Virus record (IMG/VR): IMGVR_UViG_3300028559_000023
Span: 12,922-76,921 of that record
Direction: 5' to 3' (one strand)
DNA from: a virus
Taxonomy: Duplodnaviria > Heunggongvirae > Uroviricota > Caudoviricetes
DNA length: 64,000 nucleotides
The notes below the pieces were generated by a model. That model ran no database searches. It was not told the origin of the DNA and saw nothing but the letters and a program-made list of their open reading frames with translations. The translations under genes were made by a program, and so were the position numbers. Below are positions 38,489-46,030 of this stretch, piece after piece (position 1 is the first letter of the stretch; every line of letters begins with the position of its first letter).

Positions 38489-38510
38489 GGGAGGGCCTTC
38501 GGGCCCTCCC
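38489..38510 (+). other. GC hairpin with UUCG tetraloop (GGGAGGGCC-TTCG-GGCCCTCCC) followed by TTTAAATT
   Basis: Perfect 9-bp stem. Near-identical to the element at 46007-46024. The next gene starts 13 nt downstream. Confidence 0.65.
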
Positions 38511-38522
38511 TTTAAATTGAAT

Positions 38523-38801
38523 ATGGACGACGAAGCATTTAGGAAGAGCCTCAGGTTTTGGCATATACCGGTGCTTATCTGGTATGGCACTAAAGTGTTG
38601 TGGGCAGAGGCTTCTGAGGACCCTCGCGAGGTTGCAGGTGTAGTACGCGATTTGCCAATGTGGGTGATCCGCTGCATGCTGCTTACTGACGCCAGTAAAC
38701 GGGCGAGAGGGCTTGAAAGCTCATTCGAAGAGTCTACAATTGAAATATGTAAGATAGAAAGGGATTTACGTGCAGTTCTTTCCGCTAAAAGCTCCGAATG
38801 A
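38523..38801 (+). CDS. hypothetical protein
   Basis: ATG at 38523; the track's TTG at 38517 is also in frame. 92 aa. Overlaps the ligase gene start by 32 nt. Confidence 0.4.
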   Translation: MDDEAFRKSLRFWHIPVLIWYGTKVLWAEASEDPREVAGVVRDLPMWVIRCMLLTDASKRARGLESSFEESTIEICKIERDLRAVLSAKSSE

Positions 38802-39675
38802 AGTTCCGATCAACTACCCAAACTACTTTAAGGAGCTACGGTATCCTCTCCTGATGTCCCCGAAGATTGACGGCTTTAGAGGTGGTGCTCACAAGGGCAC
38901 GATGCTGTCAAAGTCCTCAAAACCTTTTCGCAGCTACCAAGTCCATGAGGAGCTGACTGCGATCGACTTTTCTGATGGTGAGATCGTAGAGGGCAACGCT
39001 ACTGACAGTGATGTTTGTAATAGAACTAATAGTCACCTGATGTCTTTTAAGAAGCCTGGTGACCTCTTTTACTACATCTTCGACACGTGGAATCCTGCTT
39101 GCGCTCACTTCCCTTTCGAGCAAAGGCTGGCGCTTGTGCACGGCCAAGTAGCAACTCTGAATAACCCTCAGTATATTGCACTAGATCACTCATTCGTAAA
39201 CAACGAAGACGAACTCCTGGAAGCTGAGTCTAAGTTCATCCAGCTCGGCTATGAGGGTGTTATGTTACGGGATCCGCGAGGCACTTACAAGCCTGCACGG
39301 TCCACTTGGAACGAAGGCATCGTCCTTAAGTTGAAGCGTTTTGTGGACACAGAGGCTCTTGTTGTTGGCATCTACGAGCGAATGCATAACGACAACGCTC
39401 AGACTAGAGACGAACAGGGCTATGCGTTCAGGTCATCCTCCAAGACTAACTTAAAGCCTACAGGGATTGCTGGAGGCTTCATAGTTGACTTTAACGGTAC
39501 TCGCGAGGAAGTACCCGGCGGAAAATTCACACTTCCAGAATTGACATGGATTTTTCAAAACCAGGAAAAAGTTATCGGAAAGAAATACCTTAAATTCAAA
39601 TATATGCAGCATGGTATGAAAGATAAGCTGCGACACAAATCTGCCTTAGGTTTCCGCGACCCACTGGACATGTAA
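38770..39675 (+). CDS. ATP-dependent DNA ligase
   Basis: Motif I lysine in MSPKIDGFRG (KxDGxR). 301 aa, the size of compact phage ligases. Confidence 0.7.
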   Translation: MQFFPLKAPNEVPINYPNYFKELRYPLLMSPKIDGFRGGAHKGTMLSKSSKPFRSYQVHEELTAIDFSDGEIVEGNATDSDVCNRTNSHLMSFKKPGDLFYYIFDTWNPACAHFPFEQRLALVHGQVATLNNPQYIALDHSFVNNEDELLEAESKFIQLGYEGVMLRDPRGTYKPARSTWNEGIVLKLKRFVDTEALVVGIYERMHNDNAQTRDEQGYAFRSSSKTNLKPTGIAGGFIVDFNGTREEVPGGKFTLPELTWIFQNQEKVIGKKYLKFKYMQHGMKDKLRHKSALGFRDPLDM

Positions 39676-40677
39676 ATGAACGGTTTCAAAGCATCTACTA
39701 TTCGTAAGTTACTTAAGAAGAAGATTGACGAAGTATGCGAAAGCATTACGGACCCCGATATCAAGACTATCTTCAAGCGAGACGCAATTGTAAGCGGTGG
39801 TGCAATTGCTTCTTTTCTCCAAGGCGATCAACCTAACGACTACGACATTTACTTCAGCAATATTGAAACGACTGAGCGAGTTGCTAAATACTACGTTGAT
39901 AAGTTCAACGAGGCTGTTGGAAAGCTTACAACGGCTCCTGGTGTCAAGGAGTATGCTCCTACAGTCCGTCGTGAAAAACGTGTCAACATCAAGGGCATTG
40001 AAGAGGACCGTGTTGTCATCTTTATGAAGTCCGCTGGTGTTGCTGGCGAGAGCCAAGATGTCTACGACTATTTCGAGGGTCGTGCAGACGAAATCACAGA
40101 CGACTTTGTGGCCAGTCTTACAGAAGGCGCCACTGTCATGGGTAATACACCAGATGTGTTCCAAGCTGTGTCTGCGATCAAGGAAGAGCTCCGCGAATCA
40201 AAAGAGAAACTTCCATATCGACCTATCTTCCTGTCTGATAACGCTATTACGTTAGCTAACCGAGTTCAGCTGGTAATTCGTTTCTATGGGTCGCCTGCAG
40301 AGATTCACGTAAACTACGACTATGCGCATGCCATGTGCTTCTATAAGGCTGGCGAAGATGAGCTTTGCCTTCCGTCAGAAGCGCTACAAGCAATCTTGAG
40401 CAAAACACTGATCTATAAGGGCTCCTTGTATCCTGTCGCTTCCATCTTTCGTGTTCGAAAGTTCTTGAAGCGTGGTTGGAATATCAGTGCAGGTGAGCTG
40501 CTCAAGATCATGTTTCAGCTTAGTAAGATCGATCTGAGCAACCACGCAGTGTTGCGTGATCAACTGATCGGAGTTGATGCAGCATACATGAATCAGCTTG
40601 TTAACCTTATCAAGGCAAACGATGGTAAGGTTGATCAGGCGTATCTTGTTAAAATCATTGATGAGGTGTTTGAATGA
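39676..40677 (+). CDS. nucleotidyltransferase of the Pol-beta superfamily; its head motif resembles CCA-adding / poly(A) polymerase enzymes
   Basis: IVSGGAIASFLQGDQPNDYDIYF fits G[GS]-x(9-13)-DhDh. Compare the CCA-enzyme head motif VGGAVRDLLLGrppkDiDi. 333 aa. Confidence 0.45.
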   Translation: MNGFKASTIRKLLKKKIDEVCESITDPDIKTIFKRDAIVSGGAIASFLQGDQPNDYDIYFSNIETTERVAKYYVDKFNEAVGKLTTAPGVKEYAPTVRREKRVNIKGIEEDRVVIFMKSAGVAGESQDVYDYFEGRADEITDDFVASLTEGATVMGNTPDVFQAVSAIKEELRESKEKLPYRPIFLSDNAITLANRVQLVIRFYGSPAEIHVNYDYAHAMCFYKAGEDELCLPSEALQAILSKTLIYKGSLYPVASIFRVRKFLKRGWNISAGELLKIMFQLSKIDLSNHAVLRDQLIGVDAAYMNQLVNLIKANDGKVDQAYLVKIIDEVFE

Positions 40678-40898
40678 AGCGCGGCAGTCTGACGATTTTC
40701 TTAGAAGTTTTTGACCCGATTGACCCAACGGACCCGACTGAGCGTGTTATGCGTAAACGTCGTGTTGTTCTTTGGCGTGATCGCATGGTTACGGAAGATG
40801 AAGCTCGAAGCATTTTCACAAAGTTCAAGAACACCAACCCGTGGGTTGATACGAGTCACCTGGAAGCCTATATTTCATACGAACCGGTTAAGCTGTGA
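40674..40898 (+). CDS. hypothetical protein
   Basis: ATGA overlap with the upstream gene. 74 aa. Confidence 0.45.
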   Translation: MKRGSLTIFLEVFDPIDPTDPTERVMRKRRVVLWRDRMVTEDEARSIFTKFKNTNPWVDTSHLEAYISYEPVKL

Positions 40899-41275
40899 AA
40901 GAACCATACACAATCGGGCCAAATGAAGTGTTTGTGTTTGGTAGCAACCTCAGGGGCTACCATGGTGCTGGCGCTGCAAGAACTGCTCTTCTTAAGTACG
41001 GAGCTGTCTCAGGGTGTTCTGTAGGTCTTCATGGTAAATCGTACGCCATACCTACAAAAGACATACACTTAAAACCACTAAGCCTGGATAGTATCGCTAC
41101 TTCAGTAAAGCAATTCTTGATGTTTGCTGAGCACCACGATTTACTAACCTTCAAGGTAACTGATATTGGTTGCGGATTTGCAGGGTATACGCCCCTGCAG
41201 ATTGCGCCTTTATTCCTTCAAAGGTCAGCTAACGTTCTGTTGTCTGACCGCTTTATGAAAGCTCTAGATGAGTGA
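40895..41275 (+). CDS. macro-domain-like protein (possible ADP-ribose binding / hydrolase)
   Basis: GTG start overlapping the upstream TGA. VFVFGSNLRGYHGAGAARTALLKYGA aligns with the macro N-terminal motif NAAN..L.GGGV..AI..AG. VTDIGCGFAGYTPLQIAPLF aligns with the macro motif FP.I.tGv.G.p...aA. Confidence 0.4.
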   Translation: MKEPYTIGPNEVFVFGSNLRGYHGAGAARTALLKYGAVSGCSVGLHGKSYAIPTKDIHLKPLSLDSIATSVKQFLMFAEHHDLLTFKVTDIGCGFAGYTPLQIAPLFLQRSANVLLSDRFMKALDE

Positions 41276-41636
41276 TTTACGAACACTGATTCTTGAATAC
41301 GGTAAGGCTGTCTACATCAACGCCACAAAACCCTCCGATGAGAATCGGGATAAGGTCAGTGACGCTTTGAACAGGATCTCAGAGTCTGAGACAAACGGTA
41401 TCACAAAACGGATGTCCAACGACGAGTTTGTGAACTACATTTTCAGCTTTTCAAAAGCCGGCCCTATCGCACAGATGGTGCTTGTCTATGCCATGCAGGA
41501 ATACGTAACCAGGGTGGCTGATGGACCTCCTATGCTAGACGATCCAGAGAAGCCTCAGTTTATCGAGCCTTCTGCTTGGCAATCGGCATGTAAGATCTTA
41601 AAGTCAGAATTTGAGCAAAAATACGGGACACAGTAA
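41268..41636 (+). CDS. hypothetical protein
   Basis: 122-aa ORF. Confidence 0.5.
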   Translation: MSDLRTLILEYGKAVYINATKPSDENRDKVSDALNRISESETNGITKRMSNDEFVNYIFSFSKAGPIAQMVLVYAMQEYVTRVADGPPMLDDPEKPQFIEPSAWQSACKILKSEFEQKYGTQ

Positions 41637-42004
41637 TGCTTGCAGGCGAACAGTTTCAACATCACAACGATTTCTACTTCCACTACCTAAACGATGGTAG
41701 TCCTAAGAGTCACAACGCAAATCACAGCCATCGCGGCTTTACAGTCTTGGCTCGATCTTTCAGCCAACGACTTGTTGCTGTAACGGTTGCAAAGTGTTCT
41801 TGGGAAGACGAGTTCAGGAAGAAGGATGGCGCTCGCATTGCGCTTCAAAGGATGGACAATTCCAAGGCTGATTTGATCAACCGCCGGAACCTTCCTAAGT
41901 ACATCGCCGCTCAGTACCTTCGTATGAATGGTGTGAATCGCAGCCGAGTGAATAAAAAGTGGGCTGAAGAGCTCTTTATGCACACCCTCAAATCGGTGGT
42001 CTAA
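41636..42004 (+). CDS. hypothetical protein
   Basis: 122-aa ORF. Confidence 0.5.
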   Translation: MLAGEQFQHHNDFYFHYLNDGSPKSHNANHSHRGFTVLARSFSQRLVAVTVAKCSWEDEFRKKDGARIALQRMDNSKADLINRRNLPKYIAAQYLRMNGVNRSRVNKKWAEELFMHTLKSVV

Positions 42005-42862
42005 GTGTACGCAATCTACCATTCGAACTGTCCAGACGGCTTCACGGCCTTCATGGTGCTGTATAAGCATGTTGGCGGTAATGTCAAAGGCATCCCAGCT
42101 GGCTACTCCAAACTGCCTGATGTGTCAGATATTGCGCCAGAAAGTTTGGTCTACATACTTGACTATTCGGTCAAGAGAGCTACATTAGAGGCTTTGTTGT
42201 TGAAGAGCTGCAATGTGATTCTCCTGGACCACCACGAAAGCACCTTTAGAGAGCTCAAGGACTATCCAGCACATAAGTCTTTCTACAACTTCAGTGATCA
42301 GGCGTTTTCTGGAGCTATGCTCACTTGGCGTTTCTTGAACGGGCCTGAGGTTGCTGCGCCTTTGTTGGTGGAGTACGTTCAAGACTACGACCTATGGAAG
42401 TTCCAGCGGCCGTGGTCAGAGCAAATCAACGCGGCAATTCAATCGTACGATTTCACGGTGCAGAGTTATGAGGATCTGTGGAGCGGCATTGAAACCTCAA
42501 ATGGTTACGACAAATTGCTGCTAGAAGGTACGGCAATCGAGCGAAAGCTTAACAAGCTGTCCAGCACAATCATCGCATCGACGAAGCGGTGGATCGTTAT
42601 TGGTGGACATCGTGTACCAATCGCTAACGCCCCTTACGAGTTGGCCAGCAAGACAGCCACAAACCTCTCAAAGTTACACAAGGATGAGGCGCCATTTGCA
42701 GCCACGTACTTTGATAACAGTGAGGGACGACGAGTGTTCAATCTGCGAACCATCAACGATGATATCAAAGTGAATGAAGTTGCTGAATTCTTTGGGGGTG
42801 GTGGCCACCCCAAGGCGTCAGCTTTTAGTGTCGGTAACGATTCTTATTTGAGGAGCATCTGA
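42005..42862 (+). CDS. DHH/DHHA1-family phosphoesterase (NrnA / small RecJ-like)
   Basis: GTG start. DHH motif in VILLDHHEST. DHHA1 motif FFGGGGHPKA near the C-terminus. 285 aa. Confidence 0.65.
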   Translation: MYAIYHSNCPDGFTAFMVLYKHVGGNVKGIPAGYSKLPDVSDIAPESLVYILDYSVKRATLEALLLKSCNVILLDHHESTFRELKDYPAHKSFYNFSDQAFSGAMLTWRFLNGPEVAAPLLVEYVQDYDLWKFQRPWSEQINAAIQSYDFTVQSYEDLWSGIETSNGYDKLLLEGTAIERKLNKLSSTIIASTKRWIVIGGHRVPIANAPYELASKTATNLSKLHKDEAPFAATYFDNSEGRRVFNLRTINDDIKVNEVAEFFGGGGHPKASAFSVGNDSYLRSI

Positions 42863-43032
42863 TGAACGAAACCCAACTGTCGCGCCAACTTCTGGATGAA
42901 ATTTCCAAAAACTTTAAAGAGGAGATTGCCAAGAAGCCTAGCTGGGGCTCAAAGCAACTTGAGAACCTTTACGATCAAGTTGTAAGTAAAGTGCTTATGG
43001 ATAAGTTGTTCAATTCGCAAGTAAACAAATAA
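42862..43032 (+). CDS. small hypothetical protein (56 aa)
   Basis: ATG overlaps the upstream TGA, with GAGGAG upstream. Not in the track. The last 9 nt overlap the 33-bp inverted-repeat copy at 43024-43056. Confidence 0.4.
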   Translation: MNETQLSRQLLDEISKNFKEEIAKKPSWGSKQLENLYDQVVSKVLMDKLFNSQVNK

Positions 43033-43056
43033 ACGAAGAAAAGCGGCCCGAGGTGC
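43024..43056. repeat. 33-bp sequence AACAAATAAACGAAGAAAAGCGGCCCGAGGTGC, the perfect reverse complement of 18290-18322
   Basis: Exact 33/33 complementarity checked base by base. Sits at the left edge of the GC-rich island. Confidence 0.85.
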
Positions 43057-43167
43057 GTCGCGTTTGCCCGGATGACTACCCCCATGGGTTTCGCCGTGCG
43101 CTGCACCCGCGCCGAACCTGGTATGTAGCCGTGGCTGTTTTTAGGCCGGCAGTCACGGTCAGAGGGG

Positions 43168-43188
43168 GAAGCCGTTGGCTTAACCCTT
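43168..43188 (+). promoter_or_regulatory. promoter-like motif GAAGCCGTTGGCTTAACCCTT (copy 4, 18/21 identity to the copy at 18360), immediately followed by the inverted repeat CCTTATC-N6-GATAAGG
   Basis: Lies 44 nt upstream of the island gene. The 7-bp inverted repeat spans 43185-43204. Confidence 0.4.
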
Positions 43189-43231
43189 ATCTCCGATGAT
43201 AAGGCCAAATCTCACTAAACCAAGGATTTCC

Positions 43232-43852
43232 ATGTCTATTTCTGCTGACTCTTTTGTTACCAAGATCATTGTCAAGGGCCCGGACGGTAAAGAACATCAG
43301 TTCGATACCAAGCAGGAGGCTGTTGACTTTCTGCGTCGCCCCAAGATTGAAGAAGCTCTGAAGGCTGTCACTGCCAACAACGCCGAGCTGACCAAGTGGC
43401 TGATGGAGAACCAAGAAGGCGTCGAAATGGCCTTCGAGATTGGCACTGTTCGTCGTGTCACCAAGCAAGAGCACAAGAAGATGGGTCTGGCTCTGGACTT
43501 CATTGCTGAACAAATGAAGGACCAAAAGGCTGCTGCGTTCGCAGTTGACAACATCGCCGCTATCAAGGATTCGTTCCGTTGGCCGTCGGTGAAGCGTCTG
43601 AAGCCCGAAGAGAAGACTGAAGCTGCTCGTCGCTCGCTCATGGCTCTTTCGAATAACAACGAGTCGCTGTCGGCTTGGGTTATCGAAAACCAAGAGAAGG
43701 TTATGGAAGCTTTTGAAGCTGGCAAGGTCAAGCGCGAAGTGCACCCGGCCGCTTCGGAAGCCCTGGCTGCCTGGCGTGCCAACAAGGCGGCTGCTAAGGC
43801 TGCTGAAGCGGGTGCGGCTCCCGCTGCTGAAGGCGGTGCTCCCTCTGCTTAA
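43232..43852 (+). CDS. hypothetical protein with two tandem ~50-aa repeats and an Ala/Lys-rich C-terminal tail; the gene of the GC-rich island
   Basis: ATG at 43232 with AAGGA 6 nt upstream; the track's start at 43196 has no RBS. Internal repeat consensus ...ALxxNNxEL(T/S)xW(L/V)(M/I)ENQExVxxAFExGxVxR... The tail reads ...ANKAAAKAAEAGAAPAAEGGAPSA. Codon usage is distinct (CTG/AAG/GCT/CGT-rich). A strong terminator follows. Confidence 0.6.
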   Translation: MSISADSFVTKIIVKGPDGKEHQFDTKQEAVDFLRRPKIEEALKAVTANNAELTKWLMENQEGVEMAFEIGTVRRVTKQEHKKMGLALDFIAEQMKDQKAAAFAVDNIAAIKDSFRWPSVKRLKPEEKTEAARRSLMALSNNNESLSAWVIENQEKVMEAFEAGKVKREVHPAASEALAAWRANKAAAKAAEAGAAPAAEGGAPSA

Positions 43853-43914
43853 AGACTAGGCCATTACCGGAATGGATGTCACCTAGTCGTAATTGAAAAA
43901 CCCTCGCGTTTTTC

Positions 43915-43954
43915 GGCCCCACTCACGTTAACGCGTGTAAGTGGGGCTTTTTTT
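43915..43954 (+). terminator. intrinsic terminator (GGCCCCACTCACG...CGTGTAAGTGGGGC hairpin plus T7)
   Basis: Long GC stem, then TTTTTTT at 43948-43954. Confidence 0.7.
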
Positions 43955-44116
43955 AAGGAACTCCTTTGCGATTCAAGACGGTAATTAATGTATCAGCCAG
44001 TACTACCATAGGTGCTATCTGTTACACTTACTTCTTCCCAATATCAGTGCCTGTCTACGTGATTTTTTCGGCAGGTTACCTGATGCTTCTACTCGCCTAT
44101 ATTCACGAAAAGTTAT

Positions 44117-44332
44117 ATGACTTCAAAGGATGACTACGATCTGTGGAAGACATGGTGGTATGCTGCGATGTATGGTGCAGGTTCTGCCAAGCGTATGCAA
44201 ATGTTAGATGACAAACGGAGGTCAAATGAGCTGCAATTGCAAACTAGAAGCGGACGAGTGCACAGATGGCGTAGCTATCTTCTATCCATTGCAAGACGGT
44301 GGAATGTGCTCTACAAGGCCATGCGGAAATGA
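44117..44332 (+). CDS. hypothetical protein (uncertain; the region has ORFs in all three frames)
   Basis: ATG start, 71 aa. The C-terminal half is Arg-rich and low-complexity, so the real protein may be shorter or shifted. Confidence 0.3.
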   Translation: MTSKDDYDLWKTWWYAAMYGAGSAKRMQMLDDKRRSNELQLQTRSGRVHRWRSYLLSIARRWNVLYKAMRK

Positions 44333-44456
44333 AGAAAATCTCTCGCACATTCAACAACCAAAGGTTTGCGTTTTACTTGGGGGCAGCAGGCGCGGAGATC
44401 TACGAGCGCAACCCCTCGGAACAATCAAGCGAGGTGCGGCTATTACAGCTGGCTGA
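44226..44456 (+). CDS. hypothetical Cys-rich small protein (uncertain)
   Basis: ATG at 44226 with GGAGG 5 nt upstream. N-terminus MSCNCKLEADECTDG...CSTRPCG. The C-terminal part is low-complexity. Confidence 0.3.
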   Translation: MSCNCKLEADECTDGVAIFYPLQDGGMCSTRPCGNEENLSHIQQPKVCVLLGGSRRGDLRAQPLGTIKRGAAITAG

Positions 44457-44556
44457 AGTTTGTGTAAACATTTCGCTTAACCAGCTTGTGAAATGCAGAT
44501 CAGCCTCATTGGAAGATTTGTTCGACACTTTCTTTGAGGCGCATCTATGCAAATGA
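44329..44556 (+). CDS. hypothetical protein
   Basis: ATGA overlap with the 44117 ORF. Product MKKISRTFNNQRFAFYLGAAGAEIYERNPSEQ... Ends at a stop overlapping the next ATG. Confidence 0.35.
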   Translation: MKKISRTFNNQRFAFYLGAAGAEIYERNPSEQSSEVRLLQLAEVCVNISLNQLVKCRSASLEDLFDTFFEAHLCK

Positions 44557-44774
44557 TTCGTTTCGTAATGAAACTTGACTGCAAAGACGGCTCAAGAGGA
44601 TACTACACAAACACAGGCATTGCGCATGCAAGTCCTGATATCGAACAAGCCTTCTTATTTGAACATGTCCCAGACGGAAGCTATCTGTTTGGTCCTAAGT
44701 TCGCCCACTTAAATCCTGAAATATCGAGAGTTCAAATTGTTAAAACAACCACTGAAATTGCATGGTCGGTATAA
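44547..44774 (+). CDS. hypothetical protein
   Basis: ATG at 44547. 75 aa. Confidence 0.45.
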   Translation: MQMIRFVMKLDCKDGSRGYYTNTGIAHASPDIEQAFLFEHVPDGSYLFGPKFAHLNPEISRVQIVKTTTEIAWSV

Positions 44775-44928
44775 CTGGGTCGGACAGCCGGAAAGGCTGA
44801 TCTACCTTGGTGATAACTTTAGCGGCAACGGTTATTGGCATCAGTTCGCAAAAGTCGAGGCGCCCGACGTAGTCTGGTGCGAAGTCAAAGGAAATCAACT
44901 CGAACAGTTTGAGGAAACAGTTGATTAA
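44737..44928 (+). CDS. hypothetical protein (TTG start only; possibly the +1-shifted continuation of 44547..44774)
   Basis: No in-frame ATG. The frame is open from 44713. Overlaps the upstream ORF across an A4 homopolymer at about 44742. Confidence 0.3.
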   Translation: MLKQPLKLHGRYNWVGQPERLIYLGDNFSGNGYWHQFAKVEAPDVVWCEVKGNQLEQFEETVD

Positions 44929-45187
44929 GTTCATCGACTCAGGAGGCTGCGTCACAAAACTTATCGTGAAGTTACCGAAAGTTATTGTGAAGCGTGGTAA
45001 GGGTTACTCAAAAGAGAATTCTGTTGCCTGCGAATTGACCGACACAGGTAACGGTTACATCGCCAAGTTTCCGGCGCATGGTTCAACTGATCAGGATCAG
45101 TACATCAGTATTGATTATGATAACGCTCGTAGTTTGATACTCGCTCTGTCACCTCACGCTAAAGATCTAGGATTTACAGATGGCTAA
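44921..45187 (+). CDS. hypothetical protein (TTG start only; possibly a further +1-shifted continuation)
   Basis: No in-frame ATG. Candidate TTG starts at 44909 or 44921 (GAGGAA upstream). Confidence 0.3.
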   Translation: MIKFIDSGGCVTKLIVKLPKVIVKRGKGYSKENSVACELTDTGNGYIAKFPAHGSTDQDQYISIDYDNARSLILALSPHAKDLGFTDG

Positions 45188-45428
45188 CTATGTTGTAGGT
45201 TCCCTGTTACATACGAAGGACGGCCGAAAAATTGGTAATGCAATTATCGCCGGAATGAAAGCAGGTACAGATCGCGAGCAGTTTTATGACGTGGTGACCG
45301 ACTTTGGTAATCGTATTGTCTTTAACTTAGCAGAGCTCATTGAGTTGTTTCACCCGCCTGAGCGAGTTACCACCTTCACAAACTGGGCGTTGGACCGATT
45401 AAACAAACGAGAAACAAATGGCAACTAA
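45180..45428 (+). CDS. hypothetical protein
   Basis: ATG overlaps the upstream stop. 82 aa. Confidence 0.5.
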   Translation: MANYVVGSLLHTKDGRKIGNAIIAGMKAGTDREQFYDVVTDFGNRIVFNLAELIELFHPPERVTTFTNWALDRLNKRETNGN

Positions 45429-45642
45429 AGTTGAGATGTTCAAGAACATCGAGGGTCAGCTCTTTGAAACCGAGTTCAAAGCAGACTGCTCTTCGGCAGC
45501 TATTGTCGTTTCACAAGAGGTGCGACAGCTGCCCGAGGTTCCTGCAAGCATCTACAAATCGATGCTCGCTGTATTTGAGCAGAAGATTCTTCCGCTACCT
45601 AAGCTCAAGCAAATCGGTCTTGGCTGGTTTATCGACAAGTGA
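45418..45642 (+). CDS. hypothetical protein
   Basis: ATG overlaps the upstream gene end. 74 aa. Confidence 0.5.
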   Translation: MATKVEMFKNIEGQLFETEFKADCSSAAIVVSQEVRQLPEVPASIYKSMLAVFEQKILPLPKLKQIGLGWFIDK

Positions 45643-45800
45643 CATCTAAATTTCCAGAGAACGACTAGAGTCCGCATTCCACGTATTGTGCTGGCGCCTA
45701 TCTGGAAGCGAAGGCCAGTGTTGTAGCTACCACTGTTACCGCAGACTACGCGGCAGTCATAGACTGTAGATGTCACTTAAACAACTTAAAGGAGGTGAAA

Positions 45801-45815
45801 ATGAAGCTAATTTAA
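45801..45815 (+). CDS. 4-codon leader mini-ORF (MKLI) with a perfect Shine-Dalgarno
   Basis: AAAGGAGGTGAAA-ATG AAG CTA ATT TAA. The first 8 nt (ATGAAGCT) are the exact reverse complement of 45827-45834 (AGCTTCAT). That segment covers the 3' end of the SD and the spacer of the downstream gene, so the pairing would hide its RBS. Confidence 0.35.
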   Translation: MKLI

Positions 45816-45835
45816 CTTAACAAAGGAGCTTCATT

Positions 45836-46000
45836 ATGGGTGCAAAGAAGGCTGGTGGTACTGCGGGTCGTAAGCGCGCTAAGGATTCCGCCATGGCTGC
45901 TCAGTTGGCCAAGGACGGTGTCAAGCGCACCACTTACCGCGATCCCATCACCAACAAGATCGTTCCGATCGGCACTTATCCCGGCAAGAACAACCGTTAA
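45836..46000 (+). CDS. small basic protein (54 aa, Lys/Arg-rich)
   Basis: Product MGAKKAGGTAGRKRAKDSAMAAQLAKDGVKRTTYRDPITNKIVPIGTYPGKNNR. RBS AAGGAG 7 nt upstream. The hairpin at 46007 follows immediately. Not in the track. Confidence 0.5.
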   Translation: MGAKKAGGTAGRKRAKDSAMAAQLAKDGVKRTTYRDPITNKIVPIGTYPGKNNR

Positions 46001-46006
46001 TTCGGA

Positions 46007-46024
46007 GGAGGGCTTCGGCCCTCC
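46007..46024 (+). other. GC hairpin with UUCG tetraloop (GGAGGGC-TTCG-GCCCTCC) followed by ATTTAAATG
   Basis: Near-identical to the element at 38489-38510. The next gene's ATG lies 7 nt downstream. Confidence 0.65.
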
Positions 46025-46030
46025 ATTTAA

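Noticed and set aside
40895-41275. Alternative assignments of the FGSN.RG.HG.G.A protein as a LOG, DprA or nucleoside deoxyribosyltransferase-like enzyme
   Set aside because: The LOG motifs (GGGxGxMG, PGGxGT) and the NDT motif are absent. The two-motif macro-domain alignment fits better, although the 126-aa protein is short for a macro domain.
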